Origin: Malacoraja senta
Taxonomy: Eukaryota
DNA: 64,000 bases
Direction of reading: 5' to 3'
Assembly (NCBI GenBank): GCA_038087875.1
Contig: JAXLNO010000337.1
Coordinates: forward strand, 1-64,000
Shown here: positions 22,389-34,436 of the stretch, in pieces
Position numbering within the stretch: the first letter of the stretch is position 1
Layout: the number at the start of each line of letters is the position of its first letter
Position numbers and translations under genes: made by a program
The notes under the pieces: model-generated
What the model was told of the DNA's origin: nothing
The model's input: the letters and a program-made list of their open reading frames with translations, nothing else
Database searches by the model: none

Positions 22389-22592
22389 TTAAGAAGGAAC
22401 TGCAGATGCTGGAAAATCGAAAGGTAGACAAAAATGCTGGGGAAACTCAGCGGGTGCAGCAGCATCTATGGAGCAAAGGAAATACGCAACGTTTCCGTCT
22501 GAAGAAGGGTTTCGGCCCGAAACGTTGCCATTTCCTACGGTCCATAGATGCTGCTGCAGCCGCTGAGTTTCTCCAGCACTTTTGTCTACCTT
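22389..22592. repeat. Penelope-type palindromic repeat
   Basis: GTAGACAAAAATGCTGG...CAGCATCTATGGA arm and its reverse complement. Family members at 25274-25495, 25746-25920, 36090-36215, 48902-49085 and 60776-60932. Confidence 0.75.
22499..22526 (+). ncRNA. Putative minimal type-I hammerhead ribozyme core
   Basis: CTGAAGA-AGGG-TTTCGG-CCC-GAAA-CGTT: CUGANGA box, stem II, GAAA, palindromic AACGTT helix III and GUU triplet. Confidence 0.55.
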
Positions 22593-22858
22593 AAGATAAT
22601 GATGTTGGGGGACGGCAATATTTTGGCCCACTGACAAGGACGGATTATCTAGAAGACAAGAGTGTGGCTTTGGGGTGATATGGGCCAAATACGGCCAGGT
22701 GGGACTAGTGGTAGCTGGTACAGCTGGTACATGTTGGCCGGTGTGGATGGGGCATCTTGGTCAGTATGGGCAGATTGGGCTAAAGGGCCTGTTTCCACGC
22801 TGTATCACTATGGCTCTAAGAAATTAAAACGAAACCTGCTGCTGCACAAGGGTTTTAC

Positions 22859-23069
22859 CTTTACAGCCGGATGGAGATAACTGGCAAACATTGCTTCGTT
22901 TTTGATATTCCCCACTCCTGGCAGCATGGACTGGTCCAACAGCACATCACACAACATGTGAGCACCATGTCGCTTCACATCCTCCTCTGCTCAAGGATGA
23001 CTGAACTTTGCCGATCAGACATCCAGCTCTTCCATTAGTTTTACTTTCTCCTCACATTCAGAGGTACTC
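22859..23069 (-). pseudogene. NEIL3: NEIL3 exon 4 (211 nt) with two in-frame TGA stops
   Basis: ctgctag|STSECEEKVKLMEELDV*SAKFSHP*AEEDVKRHGAHMLCDVLLDQSMLPGVGNIKNEAMFASYLHPAVK|gtaaaa; stops at 23015-23017 and 22991-22993. Confidence 0.92.
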
Positions 23070-24105
23070 CTAGCAGGTAACACAATATACCTTAATGTTA
23101 AGGTGCCTTTATTGCAAACCCAATTACATAACATTTTTTCATAAAGTTTATCTGATCCTCTCAAAACAAATTTGATTAAACCTGTCAAGTTATTAAAGGT
23201 AAAAAATAAAGTGCTGAAGGAACTCAGTGGGTCATGCAGCATCAGCGGAGGGACAGACAGCACTTTGGGTTGGGAACCTTCTTTCGATTGAATGGTGACA
23301 CAGTGGTGCAGCTGCTGCCTCACAGGCTACCCAAAGACATGCGGGGTTGTAAGTTAATTGCCCTCAGTAAATTGCCCCTAGTGCATAGGGAATGGATGCG
23401 GCAGTGGGATAACCTAGAACTAGCTGGCATGGACTCGGTGGGCCGTTTCCATTGCGGTATCTTTCAATAAATCAAATTCAGACATTGGTCTGAAGAATCG
23501 CAACCCAAAACATCGCCTGTCCATTTCCTCCACAGATGCTGAATGTCCCGATAAATTAATCTTAATTTATTAACAATTTATCCAGTGTAAAGCTACAAAC
23601 ACAAGAGAAAAAGTGAATTTCTCGCAAATTTGAGCTAACTAAATTAATTAACAGACAACAGAATAGAACTTCAATTTTCAAAAGCATATTGTAACATGAA
23701 GTCTTCCAAGGATTAGTACTCTTGTGGAATTAGTGACGATATCCAGACCAAATTACACGCAGTATTGATGGGTACCACATTGTGAGAGTTGCCTTTCAAA
23801 TAAAGATGTTAAAATAGACACAACTTTCTTGGAACGTTTTGGGCTTTAAAATGCACGTTATGTACACAGATTAATATAATTGTGTTTTTTGTTTAAAGAT
23901 TCTTAGTTTAATTTATTTTAGAGATATAGCATGGAAACAAGCCCTTCGGCTGACTGAGTACGCTGATCATTAATCAGTTTTACGTAATAGTTTTACACAA
24001 TTTGCAAATTATGAACTCACATTTATCAGGGATCTGTGCAGAATAAATGTTCATGAACAAAACTGAAAGCATAAAAATAAAGCCGAACATGAACTAATTA
24101 TTGAC

Positions 24106-24240
24106 CTGATATTGAACGTGGATTCAAAGAAACATATCAAATCATTGGTTAGCTGAATTTGCAAACTTCCTGCCGCTCCACTGCTGCACTTTCTTTCAGA
24201 TGAATTGATTTGCATCGAACCATTCATTCCAAAATGTATC
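24106..24240 (-). pseudogene. NEIL3: NEIL3 exon 3 (135 nt)
   Basis: ctttgcag|IHFGMNGSMQINSSERKCSSGAAGSLQIQLTNDLICFFESTFNIR|gtcaat. Confidence 0.92.
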
Positions 24241-25331
24241 CTGCAAAGATATATCATGAGTCAAGTGTCAAGAGTGTTTTAATATCATATGTCCCGGATG
24301 GGACAATGAAATTCTTACTTGTTGCAGCACAACAGAATATGTGAATATGTAAACATAGTACATAACAGGGGAACAGGGAAAATAAGAAAAAGTTCAATAA
24401 ATATTATGACTTCACAACAAGAATGCACTAGCTATTCTAGCATAAAATAATTTCTGACTGCCTGCTAAGCAACTTTATTAGCAGCTAGCACTCTCTTGAA
24501 TGTAAAGTATCTCTCTTTCAAATGAAACTTAAATGGATTATCAAGTGTCAAGTCAAAAATGGTTAATTGTCAAATGTAGCAAAACGGAACAATGAAATTC
24601 TTACTTGCAGCAGCACACCAGGTTTGTAAACACAGTACTCAATAGATAACTTAAAAAACAAAAAAAATTCAAAAACAAAACCCCAATATAGTGATAAACA
24701 AAACAAAGCCCGAAGTCCTTAATGCAACCAAGACAGTTTTCCGTTCAGTTGGAGTACGTAGTGTTCAATAAATTACGAATTAGATTTACAAAATGTCTTC
24801 CTCTTTCCTCCTTCCCAATCAGTTCAACCGTTAACGGTTGCCTGTAATTGAGCAAATATTAATGTCGGATCTACAGTTAGCAATGCAATCAACCTGGCGT
24901 GCACAAACAGAAGATCAAACAGAACAAGTTGTCTTACAACTTTAGGCTGTGCATACGCAAGAGGAAGACCCATTAACTAAATAAATATGAAAATCACTGA
25001 GAAATAGTCAACATTTACGTTAAAACTCCCATAGTCTGTGCTTGTTGATTGAAAATCCCAAATGGTTCAGCATTTATCACTTCAGCTTTTGTTCCCCACA
25101 CTTTCTTTAAATTCATCAGGGTCCATTCTTTGTGCTCCCCATAAATTCAACTTGTTCTTTAGAAAAATGATTATGCTGCAGCAAAATATTGAATAGTGAA
25201 ACAAGGTGCTTTGGTGTAATCATCAGAGTAATATCCAATAGCCCAGCAAATCTGTCACCCTGGTGCGGAGAATAAAAGTGCTGGAGAAACTCAGCGGGTG
25301 AGGCAGCATCTATGGAGCGAAGGAAATAGGC

Positions 25332-25359
25332 AACGTTTCGGGCCGAAACCCTTCTTCAG
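25332..25359 (-). ncRNA. Putative minimal type-I hammerhead ribozyme core
   Basis: Reverse complement reads CTGAAGAAGGGTTTCGGCCCGAAACGTT, identical to 22499-22526. Confidence 0.55.
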
Positions 25360-26592
25360 ACTCCGAAGGAAATAGGCAAAGTTTCGGGCCGAAACCTTCC
25401 TTTTTCGTTCGCTCCATAGATGCTGCCGCACCCGCTGAGTTTCTCCAACACTTTTGTCTACCTTCGATTTTCCAGCATCTGCAGTTCCTTCTTACACATG
25501 GTGCGAAAGATAGACAGCTTTACTTTCCATTTCTACATTTCCACATTTGATCTGGGACATCTCTTAATTTAGGAGATGAAAAGGAACAACATCTTCGAGC
25601 ATGGCCATTGGTGGTGAGACGTTCATTTCAGGAAGCTCAGGACAGGTCACCTGTATAATCAGCCAAAACAAAGCTAGATCTAAACCTCATTCATACCCGT
25701 CCAATGTTGTTTCAGGAATGCAACATTATTATGTGTGATCAAAAGTTTAAGAAAGAACTGCAGATGCTGGAAAAATCATAGGTATACAAAAATGCTGGAG
25801 AAACTCAGCGGGTGAGGCAGCATCTATGGAGCGAAGGAATAGGTGACGTTTCGAGTCGAGAAGGGTCTATTCCTTCGCTCCATAGATGCTGCCTCCCCCG
25901 CTGAGTTTCACCAGCATTTTAGCCTCTATTTGATCAAAAGGTCACATCAAGTGTTCAAGATAGTTTATTGTCATGTGTCCCCGATAGGACAATGAAATTC
26001 GTGCTTTGCTTTAGCACACCAAAACATGGTAGGCATGACTACAGAATAGCTCAGTGTGTCCATATACCACTGTATAAATATATACACACATGAATAAATA
26101 AACTGCTAAAGTGCAAAAAAACAGATTATGTGCTATTAATGTTCAGAGTTTTTTCCGAGCCGAGTGTAATAGCCTGATGGCTGTGGGGAAGTAGCTATTC
26201 CTGAACTTGGTCTTTGCTGTCTTCAGGCTCGTGTACCTTCTACCTGAAGGTAGTAGGGAGATGAGTGTAAGGCCCGGATGGTGTGGGTCCTTGATCACGC
26301 TGCCAGCCTTTTTGAGGCAGCGACTTTAAAGTAAAGTAAAGTATCCTTTATTGTGATTCAGACCGTTTGGTCTGAATGAAATTTCGTGCCTGCAGTCATA
26401 CATATAATAAAAATAACAAAAACACACAATAAACACAAATTTAACATCCGCCCGTGAGTTCACCAGGCACCTCCTCACTGTGAGAGATCAAATTGAATGG
26501 CGGTGCTGGCTCGAAGGGTCGAATGGCCTTCTCCTGCACCTATTGTCTATTGTTTTCTATTTGTTTTAAGCAAATTACAATAGATACAGTAC

Positions 26593-26720
26593 CTTAATGC
26601 AGTTTGTCCAAAATACATGAAAAGTTCCTTTCCTAATGTCTTCACACCTGTGTATACTTTGCCTTCCGGCAGCTGGATTGCATTCTGACCGGCACCAGAC
26701 TGCCCATTTGGCCGAGTAAT
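26593..26720 (-). pseudogene. NEIL3: NEIL3 exon 2 (128 nt)
   Basis: ttcctccag|ITRPNGQSGAGQNAIQLPEGKVYTGVKTLGKELFMYFGQTALR|gtactg. Confidence 0.92.
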
Positions 26721-27205
26721 CTGGAGGAAAGGATAAAGACGGTGCAACTTGTGATGGAAGGGTCTTGATATGAAACCATTTCTCCTGCTGAAAATGCTGC
26801 CCACTGAAGAATTACTTCAGGATCAGAATGCCGATTATTGTCATTTAAACATACAAGGTTCAAACGAAATTAAAACAAAATACTTGTTGTAAAATGAAGA
26901 CATTCTTGTGTTTTAAATTTTAAGTGGTGATATAGAGTGGCGTTTTTGTGGCGCTATAAAGTGTGGATATCAAGTGGCGTTTTAAGTGGTGCTTTTACCC
27001 ACGAGTAGTAGCTCTACTCAATAACCAAAAATCTGTAGCCTCCTTTTGCCCTGGTATTTTATTTAATTCACATGTTTAATCAATAATGTTTTATTAATAA
27101 TGTTCAATGTTTTATGTATCATTCTTAACTGTCACTGTATGTCATGTAGTCACTGGCGGGCAGAGCACCAAGGGAAATTCCTTGTATGTGAATACTTGGC
27201 CAATA

Positions 27206-27590
27206 AACATAGAAACATAGAAAATAGGTGCAGGAGTAGGCCATTCGGCCCTTCGAGCCTGCACCGCCATTCAATATGATCATGGCTGATCATCCAACTC
27301 AGTATCCTGTACCTGCCTTCTCTCCATACCCCCTGATCCCTTTAGCCACAAGGGCCACATCTAACTCCCTCTTAAATATAGCCAATGAACTGGCCTGAAC
27401 TACCTTCTGTGGCAGAGTGTTCCAGAGATTCACCACTGTGTGAAAAATGTTTTTCTCTTCTCGGTCCTAAAGGATTTCCCCTTAATCCTTAAACTGTGAC
27501 CCCTTGTCCTGGACTTCCCCAACATTGGGAACAATCTTCCTCCATCTAGCCTGTCCAACCCCTTAAGAATTTTGTACGTTTCTACATTCT
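27206..27590 (-). mobile_element. CR1 3' fragment in NEIL3 intron 1
   Basis: (CATAGAAA)n tail, 3' UTR and ORF end, matching the reverse complement of ~3930-4283. Confidence 0.88.
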
Positions 27591-28029
27591 AAACTTATTC
27601 ATTCATTCATAAAGTCAAAAAGAAATCCAATAAAGCCAACCTCCCGTCTCATTTCAACCACAAATAATTTTGCTAATTAATTAATTATTAATAATTGCTA
27701 ACGATTTTAACTCCCCTTCGCATACCAACCTTACTGCCCTGGGCGGCCTCCTCCTCACTTACAGGGGGAAGGGCAAGGTTGTCTCTGTCCACATACATCA
27801 CCCTGCAGGCCAACATTTTCACTCAGGGGGGCGACATGGTGGCGCAGCAGTAGAGTTGCTGCCTTGCAGGACAGACAGCGTTACGGGACCCTCCTGAATC
27901 AATGTTCTGAAGAAGGGTCCTGCGCCGAAGCTTCATCTGTCCATTTTCCTCCCCTCATGCCCCACTTAATGGTCACCCAACACACTCCATCCCAACTCCT
28001 GCCCTCTCTGGTCACTCAATCCCCTCTCA

Positions 28030-28795
28030 GACCTGTGACCATTGTCCCACACCATCCACCTCTCCATCGCACCTCACCCCCACACCACCCTCACCATCCA
28101 TTCCTCCCCACTCACCATCTGCTCCTAACCATACAGCTCTCACTCCCACCCCCACCTCGCCCCTCACCCGTGTCATCTTCCCCTCACCATCCACCCATCC
28201 TTACCTCACCCCTTCTCTTCACCTCACCCACTACCCCCACCCAACCCCTCACCTCCACCCACCCCCGCCTCGCTCCTACCCTATACTTCCCCCACTGCCC
28301 CTCACCACCCGCCGCTCATACCCACCCTACCCCCCGCAATCCACTCCTCACCATCTCACCTCACGCCCCCCTTGCCCAGATTTCCATCCCTCACTCCTTC
28401 ATCACGCCCCACCCCATCATACTCCTCTCAACCTAACCCCAACTCACACCCACTGTCCCTCACCACCCTACCCCTCACCTCACCCCCCCCCTTCACCCCC
28501 TCCCCACTCGCCATCCACCCCGCATGCACCTCACCCTTCACCAACCCCATATTCCACCCCGCACCCCCACCATTCACTACTCACCTTCCACCCCTCGCCC
28601 CCTCCTCAACCCCTCCGCACACCCCTCCCCTCAACCTCACCCACTCCCCTCACACCAACTCACAACCACCCCTCACCCTCTCCCCATCACCCACCCCTTT
28701 CCCCTCACCCCCCCCCCCAGCCACCCCTCACCTGCTCCTCCTCTCACCCCACCCATTCCCTTCACCTCACACTCACACTCACACTCCCAGTCCCA
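28030..28795. repeat. C-rich low-complexity tract (G-rich on the NEIL3 sense strand)
   Basis: Plus strand nearly devoid of G; many CCC/CACCC runs. Confidence 0.85.
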
Positions 28796-28810
28796 CCCGC
28801 GGTGCCTCAC

Positions 28811-28892
28811 CGCTCGCACCCGCTGCCCGGTCCTCACGCGGCCACGGAGCCGCTCCCCGTTCAGCGCGCGTTCAGCCCGGTCCCTCCACCAT
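28811..28892 (-). pseudogene. NEIL3: NEIL3 exon 1 coding part (3' boundary uncertain, 28811 or 28797)
   Basis: GCCGCCATGG Kozak; ATG GTG GAG GGA CCG GGC TG[AACG]C GCG CTG AAC GGG GAG reads MVEGPG-C-ALNGERLRGRV once 4 nt are removed; as assembled, TGA at codon 7. Confidence 0.88.
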
Positions 28893-29640
28893 GGCGGCGC
28901 GACCCCGCTGCCCGCAACCAACGGACAACACACAGGCAGCCGCCCGCGCGCGCCCAGAGGGAGGGAGGGACCAGCGTGGGGGCGGGGCCAGAGTGGGGGC
29001 GGGTCTAGTGTAGGGCGGGGCCCGAGCGGGGCGGGGCCAGCGTGGGATGGCAGGTAGAGCGTGCGAAGGGTGGGGCCAGCGTGGGGGCGGGGCCAAAGAC
29101 GAGTGTGGGACGGGGCCAGCGTGGTGACGCGTCTAGTGTCGGGCGGGGCCAGCGTGGGATGGCAGGGAGAGCGTGGGGAGGGAGGGGCCAGCGTGTGGGG
29201 AGGGGCCAGCGAGGGTGGGAGGGGCCAGCGGGAGGTGCCATCGTGGGGAGGGAGGGGCCAGCGAGGGTGGGATGGGCCAGCGGGAGGTGCCATCGTGGGG
29301 AGGGAGGGGCCAGCGTGGGGGTAGGGGCCAGCGGGAGGTGCCATCGTGGGGAGGGAGGGGCCAGCGTGGGGGTAGGGGCCAGTGGGAGGTGCCATCGTTG
29401 GGGGAGGGGCCAACGAGAGTGGGACGGATCAGCGTGGGGAGGGAGGGGCCAGCGAGGGTGGGATGGGCCAGTGGGAGGGATCAGCGTGGGGATGGAGGGG
29501 CCAGTTGGTGGAGTCTGAGGAGCTCCGAGACCCGGCTAACCGCCACGCGCGTCAGAGGGGGCGGGGCTGTGAGGGCGGGTGATTGGGCTGTCGCCCGGAC
29601 GGTGAGTCGCCGGTTCGAGTCCCGTCACCGGCACGGCAGA
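28893..29640. promoter_or_regulatory. CpG/GC-rich promoter region of the NEIL3 copy, with GC boxes, a G-rich minisatellite and a possible divergent promoter
   Basis: Several GGGGCGGGGC boxes (e.g. ~28979, ~29028, ~29084, 29558); GGGGCCAGCG repeats with a 51-52-bp period at 29221-29440; reverse CCAAT (GATTGG, 29581); plus-strand donor-like CG|GTGAGT at 29602. Confidence 0.65.
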
Positions 29641-30979
29641 AGAGGAGTGACAGTGGTGAAGACAAGTGTGCATGGCTGCCCATTTCATAGCTGAAGTCGG
29701 TGGGGTTTGACTCCTCAATGTACATGATTGTTGTAGAGTCACGGAGCCGGGAATCAGGTACTTATAATCTGAGGAGGGCATGATTAGGAATTGCAGGTGC
29801 TGGTTTACCAAAAGACACAGAGTGCTGGAGTAACTCAGCGGGTCAGGCTGCATCTCTGGAGAACATGGATAGGTGACTGAGGCAGATACAATAAGAGCAT
29901 TTAAACACTTGAATAGGATAAATTATCACACCTTCCTTCTCTTTTCTGGGGGTTGAGTGGGAGGATTGGCTGGTATGGGTTAGATTGATCCTTTCTAGAA
30001 TCAAGGGATATGGGGAAAAAGCAGGAGCGGGGTACTGATTGTGGATGATCAGCCATGATCATATTGAATGGTGGTGCTGGTTCGATGGGCCAAATGGCTT
30101 ACTCCTGCACCTATCTTCTATGTTTCTATGAATTAACTGGGCAATATGTTTGGTACAAACCAGCATCTGAAGTTCTTTGTTTCTACATGATAGTGTGTAC
30201 CTGCCTCAATCCATCCATTCTGCACCGACTGCCTTCTAACCCCCCCCCCCACCCCCGCCATCTATCCACCCCGCACTGATGCACACACACACCCCTCCCT
30301 GACCCTATTGTGCTGGAAATGTCTTCAGAGCGAACATTGACTATGTTTCATAACGGAACGCAATCAAATGTGTTTTAATTCCAAATGTTATTATTTGTTT
30401 TAATCCATAAAGATGGATTAAATAAATTGTGAACAGGTGAAACATTAAAACCGCAGTGTTCGATTATCACTGCTGCCGTTGACACATTATTACAGAATTC
30501 ATTTTAACGGCAAATCAATGCTCTTAATATGGAGTATCAGTCCTGTAGTTATTTAATGAGCAACATTCACAACTATATGTTACCATGGTCCAGGATTTAT
30601 TGACACAGGTTGATCATACGCTGAATAATCCAACCACATTTTTATTTGGAAGTGGAAAGAACTAATAGAAATTGCATTAATTGCAATGTGTAAAAAGAGT
30701 TGAGATAGTCTCATAATTTAGCTGCGTCATTGTGGGATATATCATGTCTTGATTGGTGAATATGTTTAGTTTGTGACTTTATTTGAAGCAGAAATAATAT
30801 GTGAATGCTTCATTGAGTATAATTCCGACTGGTAACTACGCACTTCGTCCGAGCACATTATGGCACGCGTCATGCAAGCCATCTTAAATGACCACCTAAA
30901 CTGTCATTTGGCAACCTAAAAAGCTGCCAAAGTTGCCCGGCTGGCAACAGGGGAAAAAAGTTAAGCGAGAGCCCTGCCA

Positions 30980-32625
30980 ACACTAGAGGGCACAGCTATA
31001 GAGATTCAAAGAAGAGGGAGTACTGACACTTTTGAGAAATATAAAAGTGGATAAGTCTCCAGGTCCGGACAGGATATTCCCTAGGACATTGAGGGAAGTT
31101 AGTGTAGAAATAGCAGGGGCTATGGCAGAAATATTTCAAATGTCATTGGAAACGGCAATAGTGCCGGAGGATTGGCGTACTGCGCATGTTGTTCCATTGT
31201 TTAAAAAGGGGTCTAAGTGTAAACCTACCAATTATAGACCTGTTAGTTTGACGTCAGTGGTGGGCAAATTAATGGAAAGGATACTTAGAGATAATATATA
31301 TAAGCATCTGGATAAACAGGGGCTGATTAGGAACAGTCAACATGGATTTGTGCCTGGAAGGTCATGTTTGACTAATCTTCTTGAATTTTTTGAAGAGGTT
31401 ACTCGGGAAATTGATGAGGGTAAAGCCGTGAATGTTGTATATATGGACTTCAGTAAGGCCTTTGACAAGGTTCCTCACGGAAGGTTGGTTAAGAAGGTTC
31501 AATGGTTGGGTATTAATGGTGGAGTAGCAAGATGGATTCAACAGTGGCTGAATGGGAGATGCCAGAGAGTAATGGTGGATGGTTGTTTGTCAGGTTGGAG
31601 GCCAGTGACTAGTGGGGTGCCACAGGGATCTGTGTTGGGTCCACTGTTGTTTGTCATGTACATCAATGATCTGGATGATGGTGTGATAAATTGGATTAGT
31701 AAGTATGCAGATGATACTAAGATAGGTGGGGCTGTGGATAATGAAGTAGATTTTCAAAGTCTACAGAGAGATTTATGCCGGTTGGAAGAGTGGGCTGAAA
31801 GATGGCAGATGGAGTTTAATGCTGATAAGTGTGAGGTGCTACATCTTGGCAGGAAAAATCAAAATAGGACGTACATGGTAGGGAATTGAAGAATGCAGGT
31901 GAACAGAGGGATCTTGGAATAACTGTGCACAGTTCCCTGAAAGTGGAATATCATGTAGATAGGGTGGTAAAGAAAGCTTTTGGTGTGCTGGCTTTTATAA
32001 ATCAGACCATTGAGTATAGAAGTTGGGATGTAATGTTAAAATTGTACAAGGCATTGGTGAGGCCAATTCTGGAGTATGGTGTACAATCTTGGTCGCCTAA
32101 TTATAGGAAGGATGTCAACAAAATAGAGAGAGTACAGAGGAGATTTACTAGAATGTTGCCTGGGTTTCAACAACTAAGTTACAGAGAAAGGTTGAACAAG
32201 TTAGGGCTTTATTCTTTGGAGCGCAGAAGGTTAAGGGGGGACTTGATAGAGGTCTTTAAAATGATGAGAGGTATAGACAGAGTTGATGTGGATAAGCTTT
32301 TCCCATTGAGAGTAGGGAAGATTCAAACAAGGGGACATGACTTGAGAATTAAGGGACAGAAGTTTAGGGGTAACATGAGGGGGAACTTCTTTACTCAGAG
32401 AGTGGTGGCTGTGTGGAATGAGCTTCCAGTGAAGGTGGTGGAGGCAGGTTCGTTTTTATCATTTAAAAATAAATTGGATAGTTATATGGACGGGAAAGGA
32501 ATGGAGGGTTATGGTCTGAGCGCAGGTATATGGGACTAGGGGAGAATACGTGTTCGGCACGGACTAGAAGGGTCGAGATGGCCTGTTTCCGTGCTGTAAT
32601 TGTTATATGGTTATATGGTTATATA
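30980..32625 (+). mobile_element. 5'-truncated CR1 LINE, second subfamily
   Basis: ORFs 31032-31889 and 31886-32539 ([14 protein letters not shown]); (TTATATGG)n tail. Confidence 0.93.
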
Positions 32626-33589
32626 TAAGGTGAGAGGGGGACTGTTTAATGGAGATGTGCGGGGCAAGATTTTTACACAGAGAGGGGTGGGGGTCTAGAA
32701 CGCTCTGCCAGGGGGTGATGGTGGAGGTAGATATGATAATGTCTTTGAAGAACCTTTTGGATTGTCACATGTAAGTGCAGGGAATGGAGGGATATGGATC
32801 ATGTACAGGCAGATAAGATCAGTTTAACTAGGCATTAGCCTCCTGCACTCCAGAGAATATAGTCCAAGTCTGCACAACCTCTCCCTATAGCTCGAGCCCA
32901 GGGAACATTCTCGTTAAAACTTCTATGCATTCTTTCCAGCTTAAAGACATACTTCATACAACACGGAGATCCAAACTGAACAAAGTACTCCAAATTCAGC
33001 ATCACAAAAGTCTTGTACAATTGTAACATAACGTTCCATCTTCTGTACTCAATTCCCTGACTGATGAAGGCCAGTGTGCCGAAAGTCTGCTTCACCACCC
33101 TACCTGCCTGTGACACCACTTTTGGGGAACTCCTAGATCCCTCTGCTCTGCAATCAATGTGAAGGTTTTGACCTGATTTGACTTCCCCAAATGCTACACC
33201 TCACACTTAGGTCAGTAATCTAGTCAGTCAGTAGCAGGCAATTGAACCGTCTTAACACCAACAAGTGACATAAGCTGGGAAGAAACTGTCCCTGAATCTA
33301 TCGACAACTAATCTGAGTCTAGTTCTATCAACCGTAGAGAGCGGTCCTGAGCTACCATCTACCTCGTTGGAGACCCTCGGGCAATCTTTAATCGGACTTT
33401 ACTGGACTTTACATTGCACTAAACGTTATTCCCTTTATCATGTATCTGTACACAGTGAATGGCTTGGTTGTAATCATGTACAGTCTTTCTACTGACTGGT
33501 TAGCCGCAACAAAAACTTTTCACTGTACCTCGGTGCACGAAACAATAAACTAAACTGAAATAAATCTGTATTAGCTGGAGGCCGGTAAA

Positions 33590-34436
33590 CAAAAGAAATA
33601 ACTGTGGACTTCAGGAAGAAACAGACAGCACACACCCCACTCACCATAAACGGCAGTGCAGTGGAGTCTGTGAAAAAGCACCAAGTTCCTGGGAGTACAC
33701 ATCACAGATGATCAGACATGGTCCACCAACACCATCTCCCTAGTCAAGAAAGCACAGCAACGCCTCCACTTCCTTCGACGGATGAGGAGAACCGACCTCC
33801 CCCCTTCTGCCCTCACAACTTTTTACAGGGGTGCCATTGAGAGCATTCTTACCAGCAGTCTCTCAGTCTGGTATGGCAGTTGCTCTGCTGCTGACCAGAA
33901 GGCCCTACAGAGAGTGGTGAGGACAGCGGAGAAGATTACTAGATCACCCCAACTAGCAATCCAGGACTTATACCCATCTCGCTGTCGCAAGAGAGCAACC
34001 AATATCATCAAAGACACCACCCACCCAGCACACAAACTGTTCACCCTCCTGCTATCCGGCAAGCGCTACCGCAGCATGCGGAGCAAAACCACCAGATTCA
34101 AAAACAGCTTTTTCCCTCAGGCCATCAGACTGCTCAACACACTCAAGAAAATTCCATGAACATTACACAAACAAAGACCAACTGACTGTCAAATTAACTT
34201 TAACACAATGTCTGCAGTATGCTATTTGCACTTTTCTATATTGCACCTTTTATTAATGAATATTTTATATAATGTATATGTCCATTGTCTATTTTTATTG
34301 GTATATTGTCTGTCTGTGTTATAAATATTACTTGCACATTGGAGTATGGGGAAACGCAATTTCAATCCTCTGTGTAACTACTTGTTGCATTATTTGAACT
34401 GACAATAAAGTTTACTATTACTATTACTATTACTAT
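33590..34436 (+). mobile_element. Rex1/Babar-type LINE 3' fragment
   Basis: LTTFYRGAIESILT...WYGSCS...FFPQAIRLLN; AATAAA and (TACTAT)n tail. Confidence 0.8.

Larger units (their letters stand above)
22859..28892 (-). pseudogene. NEIL3: NEIL3 (endonuclease VIII-like 3 DNA glycosylase) intron-containing pseudogene, exons 1-4
   Basis: Four exons with GT-AG boundaries and compatible phases encode the Fpg/Nei N-terminal and H2TH regions; one frameshift, two stops and one codon deletion. Confidence 0.9.

Noticed and set aside
27828..27870. tRNA gene
   Set aside because: Only an A-box-like SINE head (TGGCGCAGCAGTAG); no complete cloverleaf.
28872..28874. TGA codons in NEIL3 as selenocysteine or readthrough
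   Set aside because: The exon 1 TGA comes with a frameshift and one exon 4 TGA replaces Arg, so ordinary inactivation explains them.
27864..29694. Pro/His-rich and Gly-rich ORFs
   Set aside because: Artefacts of C-rich and G-rich low-complexity DNA; only the NEIL3 exon 1 portion is recognisable.
30300..30976. Complete hAT DNA transposon
   Set aside because: One CAGGGCTC-type end (reverse complement at ~30969-30976) is visible, but no partner TIR, TSD or transposase.
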